In this document: one piece after another, positions 26,016-39,189 of the stretch
How positions within the stretch are numbered: the stretch's first letter is position 1
Layout of the letters: each line of letters starts with the position of its first letter
Translations under genes and position numbers: made by a program
The notes under the pieces: model-generated
What the model saw: only the letters and a program-made list of their open reading frames with translations
Told to the model about the DNA's origin: nothing
The model's database searches: none
From: Octopus sinensis
Lineage: Eukaryota
Reading direction: 5' to 3'
DNA: 64,000 nucleotides
Assembly: GCF_006345805.1 (NCBI RefSeq)
Contig: NC_042998.1
Coordinates: forward strand, 84,816,001 to 84,880,000

Positions 26016-26228
26016 AATATTTTATAAACTTATAAGCAATCACCATGCAATGACTAAAGAAAATAGTCTAATATTAGGACATATAAACGTTCAACAGAAA
26101 AACGTAGGTTTCCCACGTGCATGGGAATCCTACTTTTTTCTATCAAGGGCTTATATGCACCAATATTAGACTATTTTCTTTAGTCATTGCACAGTGATTG
26201 CTTATAAGCTTTAAGCTTATAAAATATT
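26016..26228. repeat. Palindromic MITE-like element, about 210 bp
   Basis: TTATAAGCAATCAC..AATAGTCTAATATT pairs with AATATTAGACTATT..GTGATTGCTTATAA. Central hairpin GTAGGTTTCCCA/TGGGAATCCTAC. Confidence 0.8.
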
Positions 26229-26234
26229 AATACT

Positions 26235-26280
<46 letters not shown>

Positions 26281-28880
26281 AAAGGAATACGAATACTAAG
26301 AGGAATGACTGTAAAAGATGCCTCATATCATACCAGCTTCACTATACATTTATTTGTCTCTGCCTAATATCACAACTCACTATTCTTAACTCCTTTAACA
26401 ATGAAGTGTTACATATGATATAACCCATTTTTATCTAATCTTTTAATATTCATTAGAAATTAAGATGTAATATATTTTGTTAATAACTAAATATTTTTGA
26501 TCATGTTTGTGTGTGTGTGTGTGTGTGTGTGAGACCCCTCCCTTTCCCCATTTATAATCATCCTGATTTGTAAATACAAATTCATGTAATAAAACAACTG
26601 CTTTAACACACAATTTCGTGTGCACTGTCATTTCTTTAGCCTTGATTGCTCCTAGTTTACATAAACTAATACGCAACCATAGTATAAACAAAATTTAACA
26701 GCACCAGAAATGAAAATATTAACATCAATTAGGAAGAGAAAAATTTTAAACTAAAATTTTATTTTGCATACAGTTTATTAGCAGTGACTTTGTTTTTACT
26801 TTAGTCACTTTCCTAACCACACTGTATTCCGAAAATCTATTGGTACTCAGAAATTCCTACTTGTAATAAATTTTTAAAAAATAAGATAAAATAAATGACA
26901 TTTTTTTCTTTCTTGTCTCTTAAATTTTGATTTCAATAAGGACCCATATTTTTTTTAAAAATTGAATGCTCATTCAAAAGGATTTACTAGATTACATTTT
27001 AAACAGGTCTGTCATTTGGTAAGAGATTATCCCAGTTTACATTTTCAGTTGAGTGAACTAGAAAACAATGTGAAATGAAGTGTCTTGCTCAAGAACACAA
27101 TGCATTGCCTTGTCTGAAAGTTGAAATCATGAACTTATGATTTGGGATCAATCACCCCAACTATTGGGCTGTGATCTTTCATAGATTATGTCATAGGACA
27201 GAGAAGCAATGAGAAGTTGTGGTAAGCTCATTAGTGCAGCCATTGAGATAAAACCATTATTACTGCACTATTATCCATAAATATCAATTTCTTAAATAGA
27301 CAGGATTATTTCAAGGTAGTAGAAATAGGATGTGGTGGCCTTCATACCTTTCCAAAACAGCACCAGCAAGGAGTTTAAAGTAAGGCAAAATTGTAAGAAA
27401 CAAAGATTACAAACTGAAATAAATAATTGTTAAATAGGAAATCACAATTCTTGTAAAAATATTTTCACTGAATAAAGGTTTATTTGCTTTCCATTCCTTG
27501 TATTCCTTTGTTAGATAACTGAAATATTTCCTGCATATTTAGGTAAGTAACTTCTAGAAAAGTTTTCATCAAAACATCTTTTTAACAATTGGATATGGAA
27601 CTTACCCCTTCCTCCAGCTTCTTGAAAACTAAATTCACTTTAATAGACTGATAGTCACTAATAAGTACTGTCAATTCAGGGGCCCTTAAACATTTAACGC
27701 TATCTAATGAAGTAAATAGATCTTTATAATACTTATTAATTTATTAACATAGTAATTCCCCTATGGTAGCTTTTTTAGAGCTATTATATTTACATTAAGA
27801 ACAAACCTGAATTCCTAAAATAGCAATTTCGTTTTGCTCAGAGTGTCTTCAACAGTTCAAAATTTTAATAGTTTTTTTTAACCTGTTTTTGTTACCATCT
27901 ATGTTGAAATATACTGATTTTGTTTCAATTAATTTTGAAAATAATGAAGAATTTAGTAAAATAACTTAGTTTTGGGATCATGAATTAACAATAAATTTTG
28001 ATGGAACATTTTAACTTAGATCAGTTAGTCATTATTAAAATCTTTTGAAACAGCTAAGTATGATCTGTGATGATGCACTAGATTGAATATTATATAGTTA
28101 AGTGTTCAATCATTTAGATGTTAATAAAATTAATATTAGTAATTTAATGGTGTAAAAGTCAAGATTGAAATATATAATGTCCACTTCCAATTATTGATGA
28201 GATGATCAATGAAGCAAGTTTACTACAAGTTGTAGCCAGTGAAGTAAAAAAAAAGAAATTATTAAGTATATAAAACTCTCTTCTATTTCTAAATGACATG
28301 CATCTTGAGAGTTTGCTTATTTATCTGAATGACAAGGATCTATGAGGCAATAATCATGGAAAAACATAAGCTCTCTTCTTGGATAGAGATACTGGATTTC
28401 TGTAGCAGGAACTTAAACCTGCACAACAAAGCAACTAATTACATCTGTCAATTCTACAATATTATTTTCAACAATCAATCACATCTGTCAGTGTACCCAC
28501 TAAGAAAGCTCAGTTGGTTCAGCTCTTGAGTGTTGTTTTTTTTTTAGCCATAGATATATGTTCAGGGATTAAAATAGTACATAAACCACAGACTTTTCAG
28601 CTGGTTGTCTTTCTATGAATCTATCACTGACAAAGTTGCTCATTTGCACAGTATTAGGACAGGTACCTTCTGTCACAAACTACACAACAGCGAGTTAGAA
28701 TGGAACATATCTTCAATCAAATAGATTGAGGCACACCATTCTTAACAATATGCAGTATTGTCCCATTTCTTAAGCCCATAGTAACATAGCCTTATGCAGT
28801 TATGAATTTATGGAGGTACACTATATTTTGTTTCCAAAAGTACTAATGAAGATTGTAAATGAAAGCACACAAAATACTTA

Positions 28881-29763
28881 CGAGGTGATACTAAAAAGTT
28901 CCCAGACTAGTTATGTTTGATAAAAAAATAACTTATTTACCTAAGTTTTAACATATTCTCTTTTGAAATAGTCATCTTGCACAGCAATACACTGGTCCCA
29001 ATGTTCCTGCCACTTTTGGAATCCAGCCTGGAAGCCATTTTCCATAAGTGAGTTCAGGACCTTCTGTAAGTTGCTCTTGATTTCAACAACAGTTTTAAAA
29101 TGGTGACCTTTGAGCTGCATTTTCATTTTGGGGAAGAGATGGAAGTCTGCAGGTGCTAATCTGGCAAATAGAAGTCATACAAAGTTGTTTTTGGCAAGAA
29201 ACTCACAAATGAGAAAAGCTTGGTGATAGGATCCATTGTCATTGTGAAGAATCCAGATGTTAGGATTGTCTGCACAAATCCACATCATCAGCAATGTAGT
29301 TGATTGTCCTCTGACGGTCCTCATGCACAAGCTGATGGATTTTCTCCACATTTCTGGGGGTGGTACTCATGGCAAGTCTTCCAGATCACACATTGTCTTG
29401 CAGAGATGTTTTTCCACTTTTGAAGTGCTCATATCACTCAAAACATTATGCATAACCCATTGCCTCATCCCTATAAGCTTGCCGAAGCATGCTCAATGTC
29501 CCTGTGGCTGCTTACCAAGTTTAACACAAAATTTCATGTTGGATCTTTGTTCCAACTTACTGTCCATGACAAAAAATCACAGATTACAACATACTTGTGA
29601 TCACAAAAACACAAATTTCACAACTTGCGAAGTAAACACAGCGATGTCACTTGGCACATTGACTCATGAAGGTCACTGCCAGCTCTCACTGTGCATGCAA
29701 CTGTGTGCTGCCATCTGTTGGCTTGATATGTAACTAGTCCGGGAACTTATTGATACCACCTCG
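28881..29763 (-). mobile_element. Internally deleted mariner transposon (883 bp)
   Basis: TA-flanked TIRs CGAGGTGATACTAAAAAGTTCCCAGACTAGTT / AACTAGTCCGGGAACTTATTGATACCACCTCG. Minus strand has an N-terminus MDSKLEQRSNMKFCVKLGK (ATG at 29567) and a C-terminus LAPADFHLFPKMK..WDQCIAVQDDYF. Confidence 0.9.
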
Positions 29764-30099
29764 TACATAATACGTGGTAATAATATAGTAATTGTACGTT
29801 ATACTAACTGACATTTAGTGAGGTTTTAAGGATGTAATAGTTAGGGCGATTAGATACAGACAGATTTTATGTCATCCTTCATTATAAAGGTGTTTTGATG
29901 GAGGGCAAATGGTGTAATAAAGGGTGATGGTGGGCTGGTCTGAAAGTAGATAAATGCAATGCCATCTGTTATATTGGCCGCATAGCACAGTAAGTAGGAG
30001 AAGGAGAGGGCAGTAGATGTAAACTTAACTGGAGCACATTAAAGGAGATAGCTAAGTGTAGACATATTGTATATCCCAATCTCTATTTGAACATGTGTT

Positions 30100-30660
30100 T
30101 TGCTATACTTGCACAGATGGTTGGGTCCGCTCTAGCATTACTTGTTACCATTCATCGTAGTTCTTTGTCATCTCCTTTAGGAGGTTCAGCTCTTGAAATC
30201 AGTCTTCACCATTTTGTCCCATATCTTCCTAGGTCTTTCCCTTTCACAAGTTCCATCCCCTTTGAGAACTCAGCATTTCTTTACACCACTATTGTCATCA
30301 ATATGCATCACATGTATGTAGATGCACACTACATCTAATTGATTTTATATTCAGCTTTCCTCTCAACTTCTTTGTGCTCCATTGTTCATGTATGCTAACA
30401 CAATGCAATCAGCTGAATGTACTTGCCTCATCTCTTTCAGGCCTTTACATCTCCTCCACATTCAAATTCTGAGTCTTGCTACTATGCAAAATTACACTTG
30501 ATACACATGTACCACACACTTTGCCTTTTATTTGGAGAAAGAAGCCTTTTCTTGTCAACAAAAATTGACTTTTTTCTTCAAATATTTCCTTCAACTTTTT
30601 TAATTTGTTCTCACTCTGATTACTCTGCTTTTGCAACACTCACCTTAACTACTGATTAGG
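30100..30660 (-). mobile_element. Decayed RTE-clade LINE ORF fragment
   Basis: Minus ORF 30445-30639 ..LLTRKGFFLQIKGKVCGTCVSSVILHSSKT resembles the RTE post-RT segment. Confidence 0.6.
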
Positions 30661-32959
30661 TCACCTAGGTAACAGAAACCATTTACAACTTCTGTCAGAG
30701 ATTAATTGACTGTTTTCATTTCTTTAGTCCTCTTGCTACTAGCATGTCTATTACACATGAAATGCTGCTTCCTTTTCACTCTGCCTGAAAACACACTGCA
30801 TTTTTTTGTAATTCCATTGTTTATATTTAGTACAATGTGTGTGTGTGTGTGTGTGTGTGTACATGCATGCATATATGAAGGTAATTATTCATTATTGAAA
30901 TCCAAACAAAAGATTGATACCAGTCCACCTGATTCCACATTTTTATTCATGAAGGTATTGTCATCATTATCATCATTTAATGTCGGGCTTTCCATGTGAA
31001 GGTGCATGGCTCAATGATTAGAGTGCTGGGCTCACAATAATGAGACAGTGAGTTCAAATCCCAAATCAGGCTGTGTTGTGTTCTTGAGCAAGACACTTGA
31101 TTTCATGAACTTCATGTTGCTCCATTTCACTCTGCTATAGAATTGAGTTGCAGCGTCACTTGTGTCAAGTTGTATCAACCTTTGCCTTTCCCTTGGATAA
31201 CATTAATGATGGCATGGAGTAGGGAGGCTGGTATGCATGGGCAACTGCTGGTCTTCCATAAGCAAGTTTGCCTGGACTTCTGCCTTGCAGGGGAACTTTC
31301 TAGGTGCAATACCATGGTCATTCTTGACCAAAGGGGTTCTTTATCCTACAAGCTGATATGGGTTGGACTGTTCAACAGGATCTGACAAGTTGGAGGACCA
31401 TGTCATGCTCCAATATCTACTTTCATGTTTTCCACATCTGAATGACCTTCCTAACATCACCATTTTACACATCTATTGCGTTTTTTTTAATATATCAGCA
31501 TCAGTAACCATCACCTTATAACATGCAAGATTAAAGGCCTAAAGTGTCCCCCTGTAACCAAGAGAGAACAAAAAAAGAGTATGTGATGATTCTAGGCAGG
31601 AGATGAGGTAGAGTGAAATATGAGAAGAACAGCTTTACAAAACAGATAGGTTTTATGTTTTCTATACCTGCTTGCCATGCTGACCTGTTTTGGACAAGTT
31701 GTCGCAGTCAGTCAGATATTATTTAGAGTTACTGTTTACCTAGATGAGTCAGAGGACCACAACTGGTTTATATATTAAATTTTTAGCATTGTTTCTGTGA
31801 CTGGATGACTGGATAACCTTCCTAGCACCAACCATTATATGGTGAATTCATCATCATTTAACATCCGCCTCCCATGCTGGCATGGGTTGGATGATTTGAC
31901 AGGAGCTGGCCTGGCAGAAGATTGCACCAGACTTCTGTGTCTGTTCTGGTATGGTTTTTACAGTTGAATGCCCTTCCTAACACTGATGACCCAGGAGAAT
32001 GGACTGAGTGTGTTTTATGTGCTTTTTATGTGGTCAATTTTGGCATGATTTTTACAGCTGCTTGCCCTTCCAAATGCCAACCACTTTACAGTGTGGACTG
32101 GATGCTTTTTATGTAGCATCAGCACTGGCAGGGCCCCCAAGTAACTTGCAAGACAAAGAACCTTTGAGAGGGAATGGGCATTGGTGGAAGTGATCTTGTA
32201 TCAGATGATGAATGGTTAGAGTGTGACAGAGAGATAGAGTGACAGAGACAAGTGTCTTACTGTAGAGGAGGTACATGGTTACCCAGTCAGAGGGAGTGTG
32301 GATTAATGTTGGAATGTAACATCTCCAATAACTCACTTCAAAACATGATGGGCACTTCATTTGGGATCTCCTGTCTTACGAGCCATTTGTCATACATATT
32401 TCTGTAGGGATCGGTGGAGAGTTTCCAGCAATTGTTTTCCTTTGCAGGTCTGGTTGATGAGCATGGTCTCCCTGAATGGTTCTTATGGACGTTGTGCACA
32501 CTTCCACCTCATTCAAACTATGCATCCACTACCTGTTGCATATTCTTGACTTTTTTTGCACTCCATCTACTTACATATTTTTTTTGGCAAATGTATGGGT
32601 ACGCATGTGTGTGTTTCAAATGAGTGTGGATGAGCATATGCATAAAGGCACATGTACATGGGTGTGTGGGTGTGCATGTGTATGTATGGACATGTGCGCT
32701 TATGCAATTGCTATGAGCATTTTTATTCCTTTACCTTTTACTCCTTCCCCTTATTTAGCGGTCATTCTAATAGCTCTTTTGTCTTAATAACGGTCAATCA
32801 CATAGTAATTTCCCTTTGTTTAACGGTCATTTTCATAGCATTTTTTGATGGCCCGATAACTGAAGAGATGCTGGTGTGGGCTTCCACCCCGACATTCGAA
32901 ACTCGGAGTTTTATCATGGCTACTGAATAATTGTCACATATTATATTTACAGATATATA

Positions 32960-33260
32960 TCACTGTGATCACCGTGACCAACGAGGCTATCAGATGTTGC
33001 TACACATCGCTGGTCACAATGCACTTTGCATTGCTTCAGCCTTCAAATGACGCCACCCCGCTGGCTAAGCAAGCAGACCAACAGGAGAAAGTTGTGGGGA
33101 AAGAGTACAGCAGGGATCGCCATCACTCCCTGCCAGATACTTGTTGGAGCTTTAGGTGTTTTCACTCAATAAACGCTCACAACGCCCGGTCTGGGAATCG
33201 AATTAGCGATCCTACGACTGCGAGTTTGCTGCCTCAACCACTGGGCCATTGCGCCTCCAC
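32960..33260 (-). mobile_element. tRNA-derived SINE; head shared with 47424-47812 but a different tail
   Basis: Minus-strand head GTGGAGGCGCAATGGCCCAGTGG (A box)..GATTCCCAGACCGGGCG. 33085-33260 aligns with 47637-47811. Confidence 0.8.
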
Positions 33261-33455
33261 ATTTACAGACATATATATATATATATATATATATACTTGC
33301 TTACCAACCACATGGTTCTGGGTTCAGTCCCACTGTATGGCACCTTGGGCAAGTGTCTTCTACTATAGCCTCAGGTCAACCAAAGCCTTATTAGTTGTTT
33401 TTGGTAGACAGAAATTGAAATAAGCTCGTTGTGTATATATATATATATATATATA

Positions 33456-34605
33456 CTAGCTGAAGGTGACCCGCTCTACGCGCGGGTAAGAGTGTGGTTG
33501 TTACTTTCTGTTGCTTCCTTTCAGCACGTAAAAAGTACCATCCGAACGTGGCGGATTGCAGCGCCGCCTTGACTGGCTTCTGTGCCAGTGACACGTAAAA
33601 AGCACCAACCGATCGTGGCCATTGCCAGCCCCCCTGGCACCTGTGCCGGCGGCACGAAAAATGCACCCACTACGCTCACAGAGTGGTTGGCGTTAGGAAG
33701 GGCATCCACCTGTAGAAACACTGCCAGATAAGACTGGAGCCTGGTGCAGCCTCCTGGCTTCCCAGACCCTGGTCAAACTGTCCAACCCGTGCTAGCACGG
33801 AAAACGGACGTTAAACGATGATGATGATGATGATTCTCCCTCTTTGTTTCTCTCTCCTTTCTCTCTCACTTTCCCCACTCTCTTACTCTTCCTTTCTCTC
33901 GGACTCTCCCTCGCTTTCTCTTACTCTCTATCTTTATCTATCTCTCTCCCATTTATAAACAACAAAATATCTTGAGTAAGTTGAGAAATAAAATATTTAG
34001 AAAGATCAATCATAAATATCAGGCAGTAACAACGGAAAGGTCTGCTTCAAGGCAGACAGCAAAACACTAACATTTAAAAGGGACAGACGAACTTGCGAGC
34101 TGAATAAAAATAATAAAATATTGGAAACCAAAGTTTGAAGGGATAGAATCTGAGGGTAGTAGAGTCAGCATGGCTGGCATTTCTTGACGACGGACAGCAA
34201 CGTTTTGACAGTTTAACGGCTGGCGTAAAATTTTGAACTTGATGTAAAAGAAAATCCCTAAACACCAAGTTTTGAAGTGATTCTTTTTCACAACAGTAGA
34301 CTCACCATGGCAAGCATTCAAAACTTCTTCATCATGGACGGCAACACATTGACCATTAAAAGGCTGGCGCCAATTTTTTAGCTTGATGTAACAGAGAATT
34401 CCTAAACACCCGCTCCTTTAAATTTTAATCCTCTTCCAGCCCTATTTATACCCCTTTTCAAATTTTGGTTAATATAACGTGATTTCATTCGGGTGTACTG
34501 GGGCCACATTTTATAAGATGAGGAATTTTGTCCTAGAGGTGACGCCTTTCATTTGAGGAAAAAAAATAGTTGTCATGCAAACTTGCCAGCACTTTTAACA
34601 TAGGT
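33456..34605 (-). mobile_element. Non-autonomous Helitron-like element with a nested young RTE-tailed repeat (about 33500-33835)
   Basis: CTAG at 33456-59 next to (TA)n; hairpin ACCCGC(33469-74)/GCGGGT(33482-87). The nested element ends in (GAT)n near 33835. Right boundary approximate. Confidence 0.55.
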
Positions 34606-35983
34606 CTGCATCTATATGTGTATGTGTGTATGTGTGTGTATGTATGTGTGTGTGTATGTATGCATTTCCATTGAGCCAACCTCATTTCTACATAGCAGAC
34701 CGTTACATAAACAGGCAAAGGTACATACATACATGCACACTCACACATACATACACACACATACATACATACACACACACATACATAGATACATACACAC
34801 AGACACATACATGCATACATACATATACACATACATGCATACACACGCACGCACTACAAAAACCAAGTAAAAAATTTCAGTTATCTCTCTCTTTCACACA
34901 GACAGATACATAAAAGAAGGCCGTTTGTATGAAATAGAGTGAGTATTGTGTGTTGGTGGTGGTGGCGATGATAATTATCATTAGGAAAAAGAGTGAGTGA
35001 GTGAGGAAGACATATACATAAATTGTAGCGATGATAATTCTCCCTATGAATGCAAACAGATACATCAAAAAAGCCGCCTGACGACCTTATAAAGGCAAAG
35101 TGAAAGGGAGTTGAGGGGAATACATAAAATAACGGGAGTAGACATTGTCAACGTTATAGATGAAGGGGAGTAAGAGAGGGAAAGAAGGAAATAGTGTGAG
35201 TGAAGAAGATGGCCCCTAGCAACCACACCTTTTAAGATAGGGATTTCTAAGGTAGCCCACGTGCATCGTCACCTCATTCTACATGTCCCTGTAAATTTTG
35301 GAGCGAATCGGATGGGATGTAGTGGCATTGAAAGCGAACCAAGCGGTAAAAACGCATTTCAGTTTTATATATAGAGATATATATATGTGTGTGTATGTAT
35401 ATGTGTGTGTGTGTGTTTGCATGTCTGTGTTTGTCTCCCCACAACATTGCTTGACAACTGATGCTGGTGCATTTATGTCCCCCATAACTCAGCAGTTTGG
35501 CAAAAGAGATCGATAGAGTAAGTACTAGGCTTACGAAGAATAAGTCCTGGGGTTGGTTTGCTCGACTAAAGACAGTGCTTCATCATGGTCGCAGTCAAAT
35601 GACTGAAACAAGTAAAAGAATAAAATAATACACACACACACACACATACAAGGTGCACAAGGTATTTGTGAACAAACTTTAGTGAGCAGTAACTTAGGAA
35701 ATGACCTAATTCAATGTTATTTGCTATTTCTCTTTGAGACTTAGTGACAGCATCATGTCAGTCTGACACAAGAAATTAAAATGCTCTTCCAAGCTCATGG
35801 CTCTCATTGCAAACCACTGTGACTCAGAGATTCCCAGCTTCTTGAGCATGGGTAGAACTTTTATATTTAGGGCTAAAATGAGTTGGAGGCCTCTGGAGAT
35901 GATCTCTCATGTGTTCCCAAAAGAAACAGTCTTGGTGGTCAGAGTTTGTCATAAATGTATATACATTGTTGATATAGGTGCAG

Positions 35984-36098
35984 GAGTGGCTGTGTGGTAA
36001 GTAGCTTGTTTACCAACCACATGGTTCCGGGTTCAGTCCCACTGCGTGGCACCTTGTGAGCGGATTTGGTAGACGGAAACTGAAAGAAGCCCATCGTA

Positions 36099-36131
<33 letters not shown>

Positions 36132-36345
36132 GCATGTGTGTGTTTGTGTGTCTGTGTTTGTCCCCCTAGCATTGCTTGACAACCGATGCTGGTGTGTTTA
36201 TGTCCCCGTAACTTAGCTGTTCGGCAAAAGAAACCGATAGAATAAGTACTGGGCTCACAAAAGAATAAGTCTAGTTGCTCGATTAAAGGCGGTGCTCCAG
36301 CATGGCTGCAGTCAAATGACTGAAACAAGTAAAAGAGAATAAGAA
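35984..36345 (+). mobile_element. tRNA-derived SINE with an internal deletion
   Basis: Head GGTGCAGGAGTGGCTGTGTGG..GGGTTCAGTCCC; tail AAGTAAAAGAG. About 43 nt are missing between two CCTTG repeats. Confidence 0.85.
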
Positions 36346-37196
36346 AGAGAGATAAAAAATTAATAAACTTTTAAGAGAAAGTGCAGTAATTCTTTTTTGG
36401 AGTAGTGGATCTTGAAACATATTACATAAAGCTATAAATAATAGCATTTAAATATTGGGTTTAAAAACACCATTTTAGATAGAAAATATGGAAAACTAAT
36501 TGTGAGACTTGAACCCATGACTCCTGTAGACATGATAGGTGTTCTACTATTGGACCAATGCAACCCTTCCAATTTCTCTATCCATTTTATAAACTTTATA
36601 TGTTTGTATGTGTTTGTCTTGACATCATGTGATGGTAATAAACAAGTGTCATTGTCATACAAGTAATATTCTTTGTTTTCATCCATCTGAGCAAAATATA
36701 TCTGGCTATAGTGAAGTATTATCTTGCTTGGAAACGAGTGCAAGTTGATGGCAGGAAGGGTATCTGACCTAAGATAATCTGCCTCGATGAAATTCATCTG
36801 ACCCACACAAACATAGAAAAGTGGACAGTAAAATGATGATATATATATATCATCAATTTAATTGCTTGTAAGGATGCTGTATGTGTTAGCAGTGCGATTC
36901 AATCACTCAACAAATTTTCTATAGAAATTAGTGCCAGTTAATCTCTCCACTCTGAAGATGGAGGTTGGATTTATGGTAACATATGCGACCACTACCTGTT
37001 GCTTATTTTTGACTTCTTTTGCACTCCATCTACTAACATTATAATTACATAATTCTGACGACCCAGAAACAGCTGTTGGCCTAAAATAATCCTATCCCCT
37101 TAGTTTTTTGTATCTTTTAAACTCCATTTAAATATGTTCTGTAAATATATAAATATCTATATGCTAATACATGAATGTTCATCTTCTGAATATTTT

Positions 37197-37251
<55 letters not shown>

Positions 37252-38333
37252 ATATATATATATATATGCATGTGTGTGTTTGTGTGTCTGTGTTTGTCCC
37301 CCTAGCATTGCTTGACAACCGATGCTGGTGTGTTTATGTCCCCGTAACTTAGCTGTTCGGCAAAAGAAACCGATAGAATAAGTACTGGGCTCACAAAAGA
37401 ATAAGTCTAGTTGCTCGATTAAAGGCGGTGCTCCAGCATGGCTGCAGTCAAATGACTGAAACAAGTAAAAGAGAATAAGAAAGAGAGATAAAAAATTAAT
37501 AAACTTTTAAGAGAAAGTGCAGTAATTCTTTTTTGGAGTAGTGGATCTTGAAACATATTACATAAAGCTATAAATAATAGCATTTAAATATTGGGTTTAA
37601 AAACACCATTTTAGATAGAAAATATGGAAAACTAATTGTGAGACTTGAACCCATGACTCCTGTAGACATGATAGGTGTTCTACTATTGGACCAATGCAAC
37701 CCTTCCAATTTCTCTATCCATTTTATAAACTTTATATGTTTGTATGTGTTTGTCTTGACATCATGTGATGGTAATAAACAAGTGTCATTGTCATACAAGT
37801 AATATTCTTTGTTTTCATCCATCTGAGCAAAATATATCTGGCTATAGTGAAGTATTATCTTGCTTGGAAACGAGTGCAAGTTGATGGCAGGAAGGGTATC
37901 TGACCTAAGATAATCTGCCTCGATGAAATTCATCTGACCCACACAAACATAGAAAAGTGGACAGTAAAATGATGATATATATATATCATCAATTTAATTG
38001 CTTGTAAGGATGCTGTATGTGTTAGCAGTGCGATTCAATCACTCAACAAATTTTCTATAGAAATTAGTGCCAGTTAATCTCTCCACTCTGAAGATGGAGG
38101 TTGGATTTATGGTAACATATGCGACCACTACCTGTTGCTTATTTTTGACTTCTTTTGCACTCCATCTACTAACATTATAATTACATAATTCTGACGACCC
38201 AGAAACAGCTGTTGGGCCTAAAATAATCCTATCCCCTTAGTTTTTTGTATCTTTTAAACTCCATTTAAATATGTTCTGTAAATATATAAATATCTATATG
38301 CTAATACATGAATGTTCATCTTCTGAATATTTT

Positions 38334-38410
<77 letters not shown>
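36110..38410. repeat. Direct tandem duplication, unit 1136 bp, near-identical
   Basis: Identical ORFs 36432-36806 and 37568-37942 (offset 1136). Both breakpoints fall in (TA)n/(CT)n tracts. One visible non-microsatellite difference (GTTGGCC vs GTTGGGCC). Confidence 0.95.
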
Positions 38411-38414
<4 letters not shown>

Positions 38415-39189
38415 CAAGCAAAACACTCCAATGGACGGTGCTGAGTTGTCAAACATTTAAACCAAATTTTCTCAAAACAACTTGTCCGACCGTCCCATAG
38501 GCCTCTCCTTTGAGAAACACTGATTTAACCTAAATTTGAGACACCAGCAAAAGAAGAAATAAAGATAGACTTTTTTTCTATTCCAAAGAAAAACGATTTT
38601 ATTCACCCAAATATGCAACCAAAGAGTTTTAAGTACCTGTAATGATAAGGCTGTTGACTGGGAGAACACAAACATAGTTTAAATAGTAAGCTTGGCAGGA
38701 AAGAAACATGCCTTTAAGTTGAACAAAAACAGCAAAAAATGGAAGGTGCAATTATGTACAGGTTGATGGAAGAAAAGCAGGACAAAAACAGCTTTATCGA
38801 TCACATTCTCACCTGGAATCGATTTTTGTAATTTTTTTAAGACTTATACACGTCCTGATACTGTCGGTATCTACATATCAAATTTGAGCGCAATCGGATG
38901 GAGGATGCCCGAGATCCTAGAAGACACACACAGAACGGATTTTATATAATAGATATATATATATATATATATGTCATGCAGCATGAAGTTTTGTCAGTGA
39001 ACGGGTCGAGGTCTCAAAGCGATGAAAATATTTTGACAAATTAAATTTAAATGATGAAGTGAATCTAACAGTTTTTGTGTTTTTCTTAAATAGCTTATAA
39101 ACACCTTCCATGCTGCAATTGTTTTCATTCCAGCACATGATCTCAGATCAGGTCACTTGCTATGCAAGTGCATCTCCGTAATAATATAT

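Noticed and set aside
36432-37942. Twin 124-aa minus-strand ORFs
   Set aside because: They are identical only because of the tandem duplication, lie over SINE/RTE-tail sequence, and show no domain.
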